DNA of 64,000 bases. Source: Candidatus Nomurabacteria bacterium. GTDB taxonomy: Bacteria > Patescibacteriota > Minisyncoccia > Phycocordibacterales > UBA9973. The translations under genes and the position numbers were made by a program. The stretch spans positions 1,525 to 65,524 of the forward strand of contig JAPLXO010000006.1 in NCBI GenBank assembly GCA_026396065.1. The letters are read 5' to 3'. Position 1 is the first letter of the stretch; the number at the start of each line of letters is the position of its first letter. The notes beneath the pieces are model-generated. The model ran no database searches. It was not told the origin of the DNA and was given only the letters and a program-made list of their open reading frames with translations. Below, piece after piece: positions 48,992 to 57,994 of the stretch.

Positions 48992-50662
48992 CATCGTAGA
49001 AAAAACAGAGTTAAACAGCTCTGTTTTTTCTTTTGAGCTTTTGTACACAACACAGTTTTTAGGTTCGAACTTCATGTTTTCTTCTTTTGCATGTTTGATA
49101 CCTTCAACGAGTTTGTTTACTGCAATACTGTTATGAATACTAAGTATTTCTTCATTCCAAACTAGGTTCGAACCAAGTTCTGATAACATTAATCTTTTTG
49201 TTTTTATTCCTCCAATTTCAAGATTTTCTTTAAGACAAGTAGTTAGATCAACAATTTTATTCATTTTAGAATACCAATCAACAGTTATCTTTTTCTCTGT
49301 GAGAGAATATCTTTTATTTAAAGATTCTAGGTCAGTTTTGTATTCTTCATTTGTAATTTGTTCGTCTCTAAGCATTGCACGAAGTCTTGTTTTTTTAGAT
49401 TCATATTCTAAATTGTCTATGGCTTCTTTTTCTTTTTTAAATACAACTTCATTTATTTCTTTATTTTTTAACTCAGTTATATATTGTCTTGACCAATCTG
49501 CTAATTCTTTAGAAAAGTTTAGATTACTGTCAACAAAACTGATTAATTCTTTAGATATAGTTACATCTGAAATAGAATTATATTTTTCTTTGTTTTTCTT
49601 TTTCTTAACATTATAGTAATAAGTAAAACTAAGATATTTAGGATTTTCTAACTCGGTAATTTTCCTTGCACATTTAGGGCAATGTGTTTTGTCTCTGTAG
49701 GCAAATTTAAATTTACAATCACATATGAGTTGAAACTTCACATCTTGTCCCATAGAGTCTTCTTTATCTGACTTTAAAAAACCTGAAAAAACTGTTTCAT
49801 GATGTTGAATCTTAGGAATGTTTTTACCAGAAAGAATTATTTTTATTTTGTTGTGTTGGTCCTCGGTAATAAGTCTAGGAAGTTTATTATCAAGCTCGTA
49901 TCTTTGTCCTCCTTGGAAGAAAAAACCAGCATATATAGGGTCTTTCAAGATTTCGTATATACGAGAAGGAGTAATTAAAGCCCCGCCAATTCTCTTTCTT
50001 TTTACAGTAGTTAATCTCATTTCTCTAACAGCGTACCTGTATAATTTTCCAGCTGAGTAGGTTCCTGTTAAAAACATATCGAAGAGTTTCTTTAGTGATT
50101 TTATTTTTACCTCATCTACCAACCAATCTCTGTTTCCTTTTTCTTCTGTTTTGTCATTTAAAAATCCTAAAGAAGCACAGCCGTGAGGAATACCCATACG
50201 TGCCTTTTTTTCTTGACCCCTTTTAACATTTATGGAAAGTTCTTTAATAAATTGTTTACCTTGACTGAATTCTATTGAAAGGACCATAACATTATCCCAA
50301 GGATAAAAAACTTTATCATGAGTAATAATTGCTTTTATAAAACCAGAACTCAAAAGATCAATTATCTTACCTCCCTCAGTCATATTTCTAGCTAATCTAT
50401 CAGCTTTCCAACAAACAATTGAATCTATTTCTCCTTTTTTTATCATTGACATCATTCGAGAGAACTCAGGTCTTATGCTTGCTGTTTTAGCTGATTTTGA
50501 TTCTTTAAATACCTCAACAAAAGGAGAAAGTTTATAATACTCTGATATTCTTTTAGCTTCATCAGTTTGAGAGTCAATAGAAAGCATTTGCTTATCTTCA
50601 GACTCTGAAGATTTACGGTTATAATTTCCTGGCTTTAATTGTGTAAAATCTATTGTATTCAT
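48980..50662 (-). CDS. large serine recombinase (integrase)
   Basis: YNRKSSE catalytic Ser, Q..SI..Q, ESKSAK..RPEF, W..DRLARN, recombinase domain, CxC/CxxC, coiled coil. Confidence 0.93.
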   Translation of the reverse strand: MNTIDFTQLKPGNYNRKSSESEDKQMLSIDSQTDEAKRISEYYKLSPFVEVFKESKSAKTASIRPEFSRMMSMIKKGEIDSIVCWKADRLARNMTEGGKIIDLLSSGFIKAIITHDKVFYPWDNVMVLSIEFSQGKQFIKELSINVKRGQEKKARMGIPHGCASLGFLNDKTEEKGNRDWLVDEVKIKSLKKLFDMFLTGTYSAGKLYRYAVREMRLTTVKRKRIGGALITPSRIYEILKDPIYAGFFFQGGQRYELDNKLPRLITEDQHNKIKIILSGKNIPKIQHHETVFSGFLKSDKEDSMGQDVKFQLICDCKFKFAYRDKTHCPKCARKITELENPKYLSFTYYYNVKKKKNKEKYNSISDVTISKELISFVDSNLNFSKELADWSRQYITELKNKEINEVVFKKEKEAIDNLEYESKKTRLRAMLRDEQITNEEYKTDLESLNKRYSLTEKKITVDWYSKMNKIVDLTTCLKENLEIGGIKTKRLMLSELGSNLVWNEEILSIHNSIAVNKLVEGIKHAKEENMKFEPKNCVVYKSSKEKTELFNSVFSTMLGR

Positions 50663-50679
50663 ATTGTTCTTCTATTTTA

Positions 50680-50841
50680 TCATATTTTAATTTTTAAGTT
50701 TTCAGCCAAAGTATTAAGCAATAAAGATCCAATTTCGTTAATTTCTTGGTCGGAAAGAGAACTTCCAAAAACCTCTCCATATGATTTTTGGAGTGCAATT
50801 CTTAGATCTATTATTGCTTGTTTACTTAGCTGGAGAGGCAT
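50680..50841 (-). CDS. 53-aa helical protein upstream of the integrase (not in ORF track)
   Basis: MPLQLSKQAIIDLRIALQKSYGEVFGSSLSDQEINEIGSLLLNTLAENLKIKI fills the gap between prim-pol and integrase. Confidence 0.65.
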   Translation of the reverse strand: MPLQLSKQAIIDLRIALQKSYGEVFGSSLSDQEINEIGSLLLNTLAENLKIKI

Positions 50842-50853
50842 AAAGAATTTTAA

Positions 50854-53379
50854 TTAACTAGTAATTTCTTCATCCTCTTCGTCATCATCGATAGCGGCAC
50901 TTGTTCCTTCAATAACGCTTTTTAATAGGGACAGAGACTCCTTAGGGGGTACAGGGGCATTTAAAATGTTTGCAAATTCTTCAACCAAGAAATATAAGTA
51001 TGGGGCTTTTCCTGACTTATATGTCTCTAAATCTTTATAACAATCAAGTATTCCAAGTGCTTCTAATTCTTTTAGTGTTCTACGAATAGTTTTTGAAGAT
51101 TTTTTTATCTCTTTAGCAAGATCTGATGCTGAAAGACCACATTTAACTGTAAGTACTTTTAAAACTTCTGCTCGATCAACAGGCATAGTTGATAAAATAA
51201 CAGGTTTGATTGTTTTTATTTCTTCTTCAGTTATATTTTGTTGTCCATTTATAAAACACAATATTCGAAGTAAGGATTTTAATTGATTTAAAATTCTCCA
51301 AGGATGCTCTACTTGCCAGTCTTTTATTTCATAGAATTCAATTTTTTGACCCTTTTCATTTTCAAAAGTTGATTTACTGGTAATAGCAATACCACGAGCC
51401 TTACAAATAAACTGCGCAACGGAATTAATTTTATTTTGAATTTCTTTTGTTTCTGGTAGATTTTTATGTTCTTCAATCTTTTTAACTAATTGTGTTGCAT
51501 ATGAAGAAATAAGATGTCGAGTTTTTAAAACCTTTTCTTTTCGATTTGGCTCATTCCACGACTTATCAAATCCTACTGCCATTTCTTTTTCAGTTAAATC
51601 TGAAAGGCGTAAAAATAAGAATCGAGGACCAAGTTGTGTAGCGTAATTATAGTGTTTAATTAAAATAGAAGGAGTAATACATCCAATCATAGAAAAAAGA
51701 GAATGATATTCAACAAGACCTCTCGTTGCTGTGAATTTTTGGAACTTCCCGTCAAAAATACTAGTAAGATCTCCTAGAATCTTTTTTACCATTTCTTCAT
51801 TCATTGAAAACAAAGTGTTTAAGTCTTTTATGATAAAAGACTTATTATCAAGTAAAGGAAGTAAGTCTTGTGTTTCTGAACCGTCTGGAGGTACATATCC
51901 AGAACAAAAAGCATTTTCTGTAAGAGTATCTAATGTATAAACATCATCCATATCACTATAGAGTCCAACCAATTCAGTTTTAAAAGAAGATGGCACTCCT
52001 ATAAGAAATAACCAAAGTGGAGAACTAAGGCGCAACTGAGCTGATATTATTACTGCAGTTACTATTTTTAATGTTTCTTTATTTACTATCCCTATTTCCA
52101 ATACAGCATCATATGCCTCCTGGAAGTCTATGTCCCTATTAAGAATTAATGGTATTTTCTCTTCTTCTTTTTTTGCCTTTAATTGTGCTTGAAAAGATTT
52201 TATTCTTAAACTATTTACATAAGGAATATATTTTTTGGCATCTTCTTTTGTAATACCAAAATACTCTTTAATGTTGTGTCCAATAAAGATTTCTGCTGTT
52301 ATTTTATTAATCTCAATGAGTTTATTAAAAACAGGGCTAAGTACCTCCATTAATTTTAACTTTGGTGTATCTGACGGTATTTGTTTTAATATTTCCTCTA
52401 TTTGTTCTATTGAGACTGATTCTTCTTCTTTTTTAGAGATATCTTCCGGGTACATTTTTATAACAGCTTTTGCTGCGGCTTTAAAGTCCCCACTATGATT
52501 TAAAAAAGTAAATGTAGTAAATTTAGAATAACCTTTATTGGCTTGAAAAGGATGAGCGGATGTAGAAAATACATAAAACATAGAAATATCTCCATGATCT
52601 GTTGTAGCTGATATTCCTTGACCTTTTTCTTTGCCAGGTCTACGCCAATAGTTTTTACCTTCTTCTATCCATCCGTGTGGTTCTAATATCTCGTTCCAAG
52701 TAGCTTTCTTGTTAAATTTATCACCAGGACGATTCCCTGAAAGTGGCTCTCCTTGTTTCCACTCATATTCAGTTGCAGGTTCATCTTCAACTTCATTAAA
52801 GACTCTTAATAGATCAATTAATTCTTCGTGTATCTCGTCTGGTATTATAGGTAAATCTAAAAGACTTCCTTGTATAGTTGTATAACCACTTGAAGGTGGA
52901 ATAAGAGCATACCCACCATTGGCTTTTGTTTCTGCTGTTGTTACAATAATTCCTTTATTTTCTTTTTCATTAAATTCCACTCGTCGAGCAAGTTTTACTG
53001 TTGGCTGTGTTGTTTCTGTTCTATAACGTAAGTGAGTTCCTTTGTTTCTAGTAGTATTCTTGTGACACAAATCAACAAACTTTTTTTGTTCGTCTGAAAG
53101 CTTGTTATACCAGAGATCATACAATCCTGTATAATGCTTTTCGTCAAAATCCAAAGTGACTAGATTGTCGGAAACTTTACCTCCAGCAATAGCCCAAGAA
53201 GTAACACCTGCTTCAACCCATTTTTTAGCTTCTTCTTCTGTAGCTTTTGTGTATAAAAATTCATGTTCGTGATCTTTACTAAGACACACTGAATGTGGTC
53301 TCTTATCTCCTTCAGTAATTGGTATCACTGAAAGATTTGAATTAACTAATTTTATAATATATTCGTTTTGATTTTCCAT
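50854..53379 (-). CDS. bifunctional primase/polymerase fused to an AAA+ (MCM-like) helicase and C-terminal wHTH
   Basis: VIPI..DKRP, LDFD, T.NKG.HL.Y, GGY.LIPPS; W.RPGK; Walker A GVPSSFKT; LGPRFL; terminal HTH. Confidence 0.8.
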   Translation of the reverse strand: MENQNEYIIKLVNSNLSVIPITEGDKRPHSVCLSKDHEHEFLYTKATEEEAKKWVEAGVTSWAIAGGKVSDNLVTLDFDEKHYTGLYDLWYNKLSDEQKKFVDLCHKNTTRNKGTHLRYRTETTQPTVKLARRVEFNEKENKGIIVTTAETKANGGYALIPPSSGYTTIQGSLLDLPIIPDEIHEELIDLLRVFNEVEDEPATEYEWKQGEPLSGNRPGDKFNKKATWNEILEPHGWIEEGKNYWRRPGKEKGQGISATTDHGDISMFYVFSTSAHPFQANKGYSKFTTFTFLNHSGDFKAAAKAVIKMYPEDISKKEEESVSIEQIEEILKQIPSDTPKLKLMEVLSPVFNKLIEINKITAEIFIGHNIKEYFGITKEDAKKYIPYVNSLRIKSFQAQLKAKKEEEKIPLILNRDIDFQEAYDAVLEIGIVNKETLKIVTAVIISAQLRLSSPLWLFLIGVPSSFKTELVGLYSDMDDVYTLDTLTENAFCSGYVPPDGSETQDLLPLLDNKSFIIKDLNTLFSMNEEMVKKILGDLTSIFDGKFQKFTATRGLVEYHSLFSMIGCITPSILIKHYNYATQLGPRFLFLRLSDLTEKEMAVGFDKSWNEPNRKEKVLKTRHLISSYATQLVKKIEEHKNLPETKEIQNKINSVAQFICKARGIAITSKSTFENEKGQKIEFYEIKDWQVEHPWRILNQLKSLLRILCFINGQQNITEEEIKTIKPVILSTMPVDRAEVLKVLTVKCGLSASDLAKEIKKSSKTIRRTLKELEALGILDCYKDLETYKSGKAPYLYFLVEEFANILNAPVPPKESLSLLKSVIEGTSAAIDDDEEDEEITS

Positions 53380-53451
53380 ACCTGTTTGCTGTCTCTCATG
53401 ACGACCTCGGATAGCAAACAGGTGAGTTTTTATCCGAAGTCATCATGAAAA
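53380..53451 (-). ncRNA. structured 5' leader (hairpin + loop-to-start pseudoknot) of prim-pol
   Basis: 21-bp stem whose only imperfections are G-U on the minus strand; loop ACCTGTTTGCT is complementary to AGCAAACAGGT directly before the ATG. Confidence 0.6.
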
Positions 53452-53601
53452 ACAAATTAAATTTTTAAGCTTCTTCTGTGAAAGAATTACTTTTAATTTT
53501 AAACTTTAGGAAAATCATAAAAATATTACACTTTGTGACAAATAAAAAAATACCCCTATTTTGCAGAGTATTTTTAAGTAAACAAAATCAATATTCCCAG
53601 T

Positions 53602-54390
53602 TTATTTCTTTTTTGTGAATTGAATCATAAACCTAGGATTTAAATGATAGCCACGTTTGGGTTCATTTTTTATAAAATCATCAATGCTTGTTTTTCCTTT
53701 CACTATTAACTTTTTAATTTCGTTATTTATTGAGCTAATTCTGTTTTTTATATTTCCCATAGATGTAGCAAACTCTTTTGCTAGTATTTCTTTTTTGAAA
53801 CAATAATCCTTATCTTTCATATATTTGTAATATAAAAAGTGTATGATCTGTTTATCGGTGTTGTTAATTTTTTGTGATTTTTTTTTCTTATAGACAAGGT
53901 AATTGCCTTGTATTTTAATATCTAACGTTCTTAAATCTATTTCCTCTGTCATTTCAACCTCTTTAGTTCTATCGGAATCATTCCCTAGTAAATACTCTTC
54001 CATTGATTTACGTAAAATATCGTATTTTTCTTCTGTGTTTTCAAGTAGAGTATTTAGCTTATTTTTAAACTTCTTCCAAAGTTCTAAATTGTTCACTCGG
54101 ACATCTGGATGTAAAACTAAAAAATGATGTTTTGGGTTTACACGGAAAAAACATTCCACTATAAAAGTGTCTAGTTTATCGATCTCTTTATAAAATTTTA
54201 AGTGACCTGACATAAGATTTTTATCGTTGAAAGATAATCCGAATTTCCTTACATATTTTAAATATTCTCTTAAATAAATTAAATCATCTCCCTTTATCAT
54301 GTTTTGGTCTAGTGACGGAAATATACTTTCAGCTAATGTGTCTGGAAATAAAGCAAGAAATTTATTTATTTTTTCTTCATCTTTTTTCAT
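53602..54390 (-). CDS. hypothetical protein with C-terminal winged-helix DNA-binding domain
   Basis: KEILAKEF..SMGNIKNRISSIN..FIKNEPKRGYHL, OmpR-like wHTH. Confidence 0.6.
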   Translation of the reverse strand: MKKDEEKINKFLALFPDTLAESIFPSLDQNMIKGDDLIYLREYLKYVRKFGLSFNDKNLMSGHLKFYKEIDKLDTFIVECFFRVNPKHHFLVLHPDVRVNNLELWKKFKNKLNTLLENTEEKYDILRKSMEEYLLGNDSDRTKEVEMTEEIDLRTLDIKIQGNYLVYKKKKSQKINNTDKQIIHFLYYKYMKDKDYCFKKEILAKEFATSMGNIKNRISSINNEIKKLIVKGKTSIDDFIKNEPKRGYHLNPRFMIQFTKKK

Positions 54391-54522
54391 ACTATAAATT
54401 AAGTATATCAAAAAAGAAGACTTTTAATCAATTTTCACAGTTTTAAAGGTAAGAGAATATTAAAAAATATCGATGTCCTTCCTTCACCCTCCCATCTAAA
54501 TGCTACTTTTCTAATATTTATA

Positions 54523-55116
54523 CTAAATATACTTACTTCGTTGTCTATTCCAATTAGAGATGATCTCTCTTTTACTGTTCCTATTCTCATGCTTTCTACG
54601 AATAGTATTAGCCTTATACTTCAGCCTTTCGATCCTAATAGCTCTTTTGGTAAGCATTCCCTTGTATAACGGCCTTTTGGTGCTCAAAATAGCATTTCTT
54701 AGCTTATTATTCAAATCCATTTCCTTTCCTAATTGGTCCACTTTGTTGTTCCTATTGAAATTAGATACCTTATATCTCAAATGCAAACATGATTTACATT
54801 TAAACTCTGTTCCATTAGAAGGAAGGAATAACTTCGCCGCCCTATAACCGCATTCACATCTAAAGAGTGTTCTTTCGCCATAGCGTAAATATACAGTAGT
54901 CAGCACTATTCTTTGTGGTTCATTATTCACTACACTTACAGTTAAAAACGTGTCAGCCTCGTATTCAGGCCAAAAGTAGACTACTGATCCCTTGTTAGTC
55001 GTAAACATATCATTTATATATTCCTTTTTACGTATTTGAGCAAAGACCCCCTTAAGCTTTTTAGAGTCTAGTATTACACAATCTTCAACGAATATTTTGT
55101 TACTTGTTGTCGGCAT
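54523..55116 (-). CDS. zinc-ribbon protein of the mobile element
   Basis: F.CECG.RAAKL...F.CKSCL.L.Y; start assigned to ATG at 55116. Confidence 0.6.
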   Translation of the reverse strand: MPTTSNKIFVEDCVILDSKKLKGVFAQIRKKEYINDMFTTNKGSVVYFWPEYEADTFLTVSVVNNEPQRIVLTTVYLRYGERTLFRCECGYRAAKLFLPSNGTEFKCKSCLHLRYKVSNFNRNNKVDQLGKEMDLNNKLRNAILSTKRPLYKGMLTKRAIRIERLKYKANTIRRKHENRNSKREIISNWNRQRSKYI

Positions 55117-55553
55117 TATATGTGTATTATCCCATAAGTCTTTAGATTGGACCAAAATATTGAATTTTTTTAGAAAAAATTTTAGAGGGTCAACGATTTT
55201 TAAAAGGAGAATAATTCCAAATATTGGTTTTTCTTCCCAGCTAGCGATAGGTATCATACCCTAGATGGTACCTTGACTGACCTGTATTAAAAGGAACAAC
55301 CCCCCAATACCCCATATACCCACTTGTCACTTACTTCATTATCATACCAACCCAACACTAGTCATTAGTTTATTGTTATTAATATAGCCGTCATGTATAT
55401 ATAAATATTACAGTCATACTATCTAACATTATTACTACTTACTTTACTTAATTACAAAGAAAACTATTTTTTAGGATTGAAATTATACATCAATCCTTTT
55501 TAGCTTATCTAGTCCATAAGCTTTTTATTATTAACCATTATTAATTAAATCAA

Positions 55554-55871
55554 ATGCAAAGCGTAAAAGAATTTATGGAAGCCCCTGTGTCCTCATTTAC
55601 AGGATCTGAAGTAACAAAAAAGCTAATGGAAGAAGCTATTATTTCTCGATACGGAAGAGCAGAATTAAAAAATTTGGACTGCTACCATACCATGAGAACA
55701 TTCCATTCCTGGGTGAAGTTAGGTTTTAAGGTTCGTAAAGGAGAAAAAGCATTTAAATCAATTACATATATCGAGGTAAAAGATAGTGCTGGAAATGTGA
55801 TAAGGAAGATAAAGAGACCTTGCTTTCTATTTTATTACAAACAAATCGAGCCGATTTCTAAAACTGTATGA
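55554..55871 (+). CDS. ArdC-like N-terminal ssDNA-binding domain protein
   Basis: TFHSW.KLG.KVRKGEKA...LF...Q. Confidence 0.7.
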   Translation: MQSVKEFMEAPVSSFTGSEVTKKLMEEAIISRYGRAELKNLDCYHTMRTFHSWVKLGFKVRKGEKAFKSITYIEVKDSAGNVIRKIKRPCFLFYYKQIEPISKTV

Positions 55872-56050
55872 AAACTCAAATGACAATTTCTTCTCAATAC
55901 AGAGAAAGAAAATCAAGAGACTTAGATATAGTTCCAAAGCTTGTTATAGCTAACCACTTTTTGAAAAATATCAGTGGTCTTTCGGTCTCAGATAGAATTA
56001 CAGTCGAGTATCTAAAGGAGGGTCAGATCATTATTACTAAATTAACATAA
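55868..56050 (+). CDS. SymE/AbrB-fold small protein
   Basis: VPKLVIANHFL...GL..SDRITV....G.IIIT resembles SymE. Confidence 0.5.
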   Translation: MKTQMTISSQYRERKSRDLDIVPKLVIANHFLKNISGLSVSDRITVEYLKEGQIIITKLT

Positions 56051-56054
56051 ACAT

Positions 56055-56600
56055 ATGATAGATAATTATAAAAACAGTGTTCCTTCGCCTTATGGTAAAA
56101 CACAGGAGAAGAAAAGTCCTATACAAGAAGAATTAGATAAAAGTATTGGCACATTCAATCTTACAGCTATAGTAAAAGAAGATACTGACACGGCCAGTCA
56201 GCTTAGTCACATACCTGGACTAATCTCATTAATCTGTACACTTAAGCTTGGAGATAAAGTAATAGGTATTGGTAGAGGTAGTGCAACATTAAACCGCATG
56301 AATCGAGTTGTAGAGCGTGGAGTGAGATATAGCTTTGGCAATGCTTTAGTTGATGCAGTGGTCCGAGGAGTTAAAAACCTTGACACTTTATATTTCCAGT
56401 CAACTAATCAAGGAGAAAATAATTTTACTTCAAGTGGTGTTCTAGAAGACGAGCCAGCCTCTGATAAACAGAAGTCGTATTTACAGAAACTCATAACCCT
56501 AAACATTACAGATATAAAAGAACGTAATAAGTGGGAATTGGAACTCAATCAGCTAACGAAGAATCAAGCTTCAGACAAAATCAAAGCTCTTATTAATTAA
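56055..56600 (+). CDS. hypothetical protein with C-terminal ASDKQ..L..LTK.QAS..I helical motif
   Basis: Motif common in phage and MGE DNA-associated proteins. Confidence 0.6.
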   Translation: MIDNYKNSVPSPYGKTQEKKSPIQEELDKSIGTFNLTAIVKEDTDTASQLSHIPGLISLICTLKLGDKVIGIGRGSATLNRMNRVVERGVRYSFGNALVDAVVRGVKNLDTLYFQSTNQGENNFTSSGVLEDEPASDKQKSYLQKLITLNITDIKERNKWELELNQLTKNQASDKIKALIN

Positions 56601-56610
56601 AATAATCATT

Positions 56611-56844
56611 ATGAATACAGTTATAAAAAATCGTGATAGATCTATTCGAGATTATAATTTCTTTATGGAAGATACTGATGAGCCAGGAATGGCTACAAGT
56701 ACACAAAAACGTACTCTCAAAGATTTAATAGTTCAAAATATCGACGATAGTGAAAAACAAGAGATATGCATTAACCAAATTCGAGATATTTCGCAAGACG
56801 AAGCATCTTTGTGGATAAGGGAGATGGAAAACGGTCTTTGGTAG
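56611..56844 (+). CDS. small protein consisting of the same AT..Q..L..IS..EAS..I motif
   Basis: Similar to the C-terminus of the upstream ORF. Confidence 0.55.
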   Translation: MNTVIKNRDRSIRDYNFFMEDTDEPGMATSTQKRTLKDLIVQNIDDSEKQEICINQIRDISQDEASLWIREMENGLW

Positions 56845-56846
56845 TT

Positions 56847-56896
56847 AAAAGGAAGGAAGTAATGCTAGGTACTTAGCAAAACTACCTTCCTTTTTT
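56847..56896 (+). terminator. intrinsic terminator
   Basis: AAAAGGAAGG..TGCTAGGTACTTAGCA..CCTTCCTTTTTT. Confidence 0.6.
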
Positions 56897-56925
56897 ATTT
56901 GGTCCTAAAATGCTATGCTTTAGGA

Positions 56926-57065
56926 GTACCCGCATTAAATAATGTCAGTTAAAAGTCCCTTAAATAGGGCTGAGTTTCCATTTGTGTACTGAAAGGGCAA
57001 CCTTGATGCGCATAAGTGGAAGCTTCGGCTGACATTAATGCGGGTACCATCAGGTTGCCCTTTTC
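56926..57065 (+). ncRNA. structured RNA: multi-stem junction with loop-to-3' pairing
   Basis: P1 56926-38/57035-47, P2 56943-50/57027-34, G-U-rich stem 56972-87/57010-25, loop 56991-57008 complementary to 57048-57064. Confidence 0.65.
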
Positions 57066-57104
57066 TATGTTATCTGATGATTATTATTTTAACTAATAAT
57101 TTTC

Positions 57105-57989
57105 ATGAAAAAAAAACAATTACCGTTAGTTATTGTTATTGTTTTATTAGTTGTTCCACTAGTTGCTATAAGTGCATGGTGGAATCCTTTTCATTGGTTC
57201 AAGAAAAAAGAGATTCAAACTCCAGTAGTTCAGACCTTGGTCCCTATTGTTGTAAACGATAAGACCGTTTTAACTTCAAAAGAAAGTTCTACTATTCAGA
57301 CTGACTCAACTTTAGATTACACAACAACTACTGCATTTAAAAATTCTGTCTTTGCAGATCCTGGTATATTTCCTTTACTTGATACTACAATATATCTTTC
57401 TGGTGATGAAAGTGTTGTTAGGTCACGAGATGGACAGATAATACTACCAGTAAAATATGATTACAACCAATCAATCACAGCAATAGATACATTCTTACTA
57501 AATCAAACACTAGAGACTTTTAAAACATTTTGCAATAAAGCAAAAGAGTTACCTAGTATAGGTCAGAAGAAAGTTCTTAATGATACAAAGACGGATTTTA
57601 TTATGAAAGATAATACTTTGTATGACGATTATAATTTAGGAAAGTTATGTACTATCGCTCTTGGTCAAGATAAAAATTCATCTTATTATAAATGGACAAC
57701 ATATAGCCCCTCTTATTTTGTTACTTTTGATAATCCTAATGAGTCAGACAAAGCTAGAACACTTAAAATAAATTACAATGCTTTTTGGAAAAGTTTATCA
57801 GATTACAAATTAATAGGATTTGATATTTGGCAAAATAAAGATGCGGTTACCCCTAATCAAGTAATAGATAAAATGGTTAGTGTTAATAATGAGGCGTTAT
57901 TTTTTACCACTTTTAATAATGGCTTCTTTCTTGTGCCAGAAAAAATATTATCAAGTATCGAAGGACAGCTTAAGGTACATAATAAATAA
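57105..57989 (+). CDS. hypothetical secreted protein
   Basis: Signal peptide followed by WWNPFHWF. Confidence 0.72.
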   Translation: MKKKQLPLVIVIVLLVVPLVAISAWWNPFHWFKKKEIQTPVVQTLVPIVVNDKTVLTSKESSTIQTDSTLDYTTTTAFKNSVFADPGIFPLLDTTIYLSGDESVVRSRDGQIILPVKYDYNQSITAIDTFLLNQTLETFKTFCNKAKELPSIGQKKVLNDTKTDFIMKDNTLYDDYNLGKLCTIALGQDKNSSYYKWTTYSPSYFVTFDNPNESDKARTLKINYNAFWKSLSDYKLIGFDIWQNKDAVTPNQVIDKMVSVNNEALFFTTFNNGFFLVPEKILSSIEGQLKVHNK

Positions 57990-57994
57990 AATAT

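Noticed and set aside
55117-55553. Possible origin or oriT in the element's divergent intergenic region
   Set aside because: No iterons or convincing nic-type inverted repeat seen by eye
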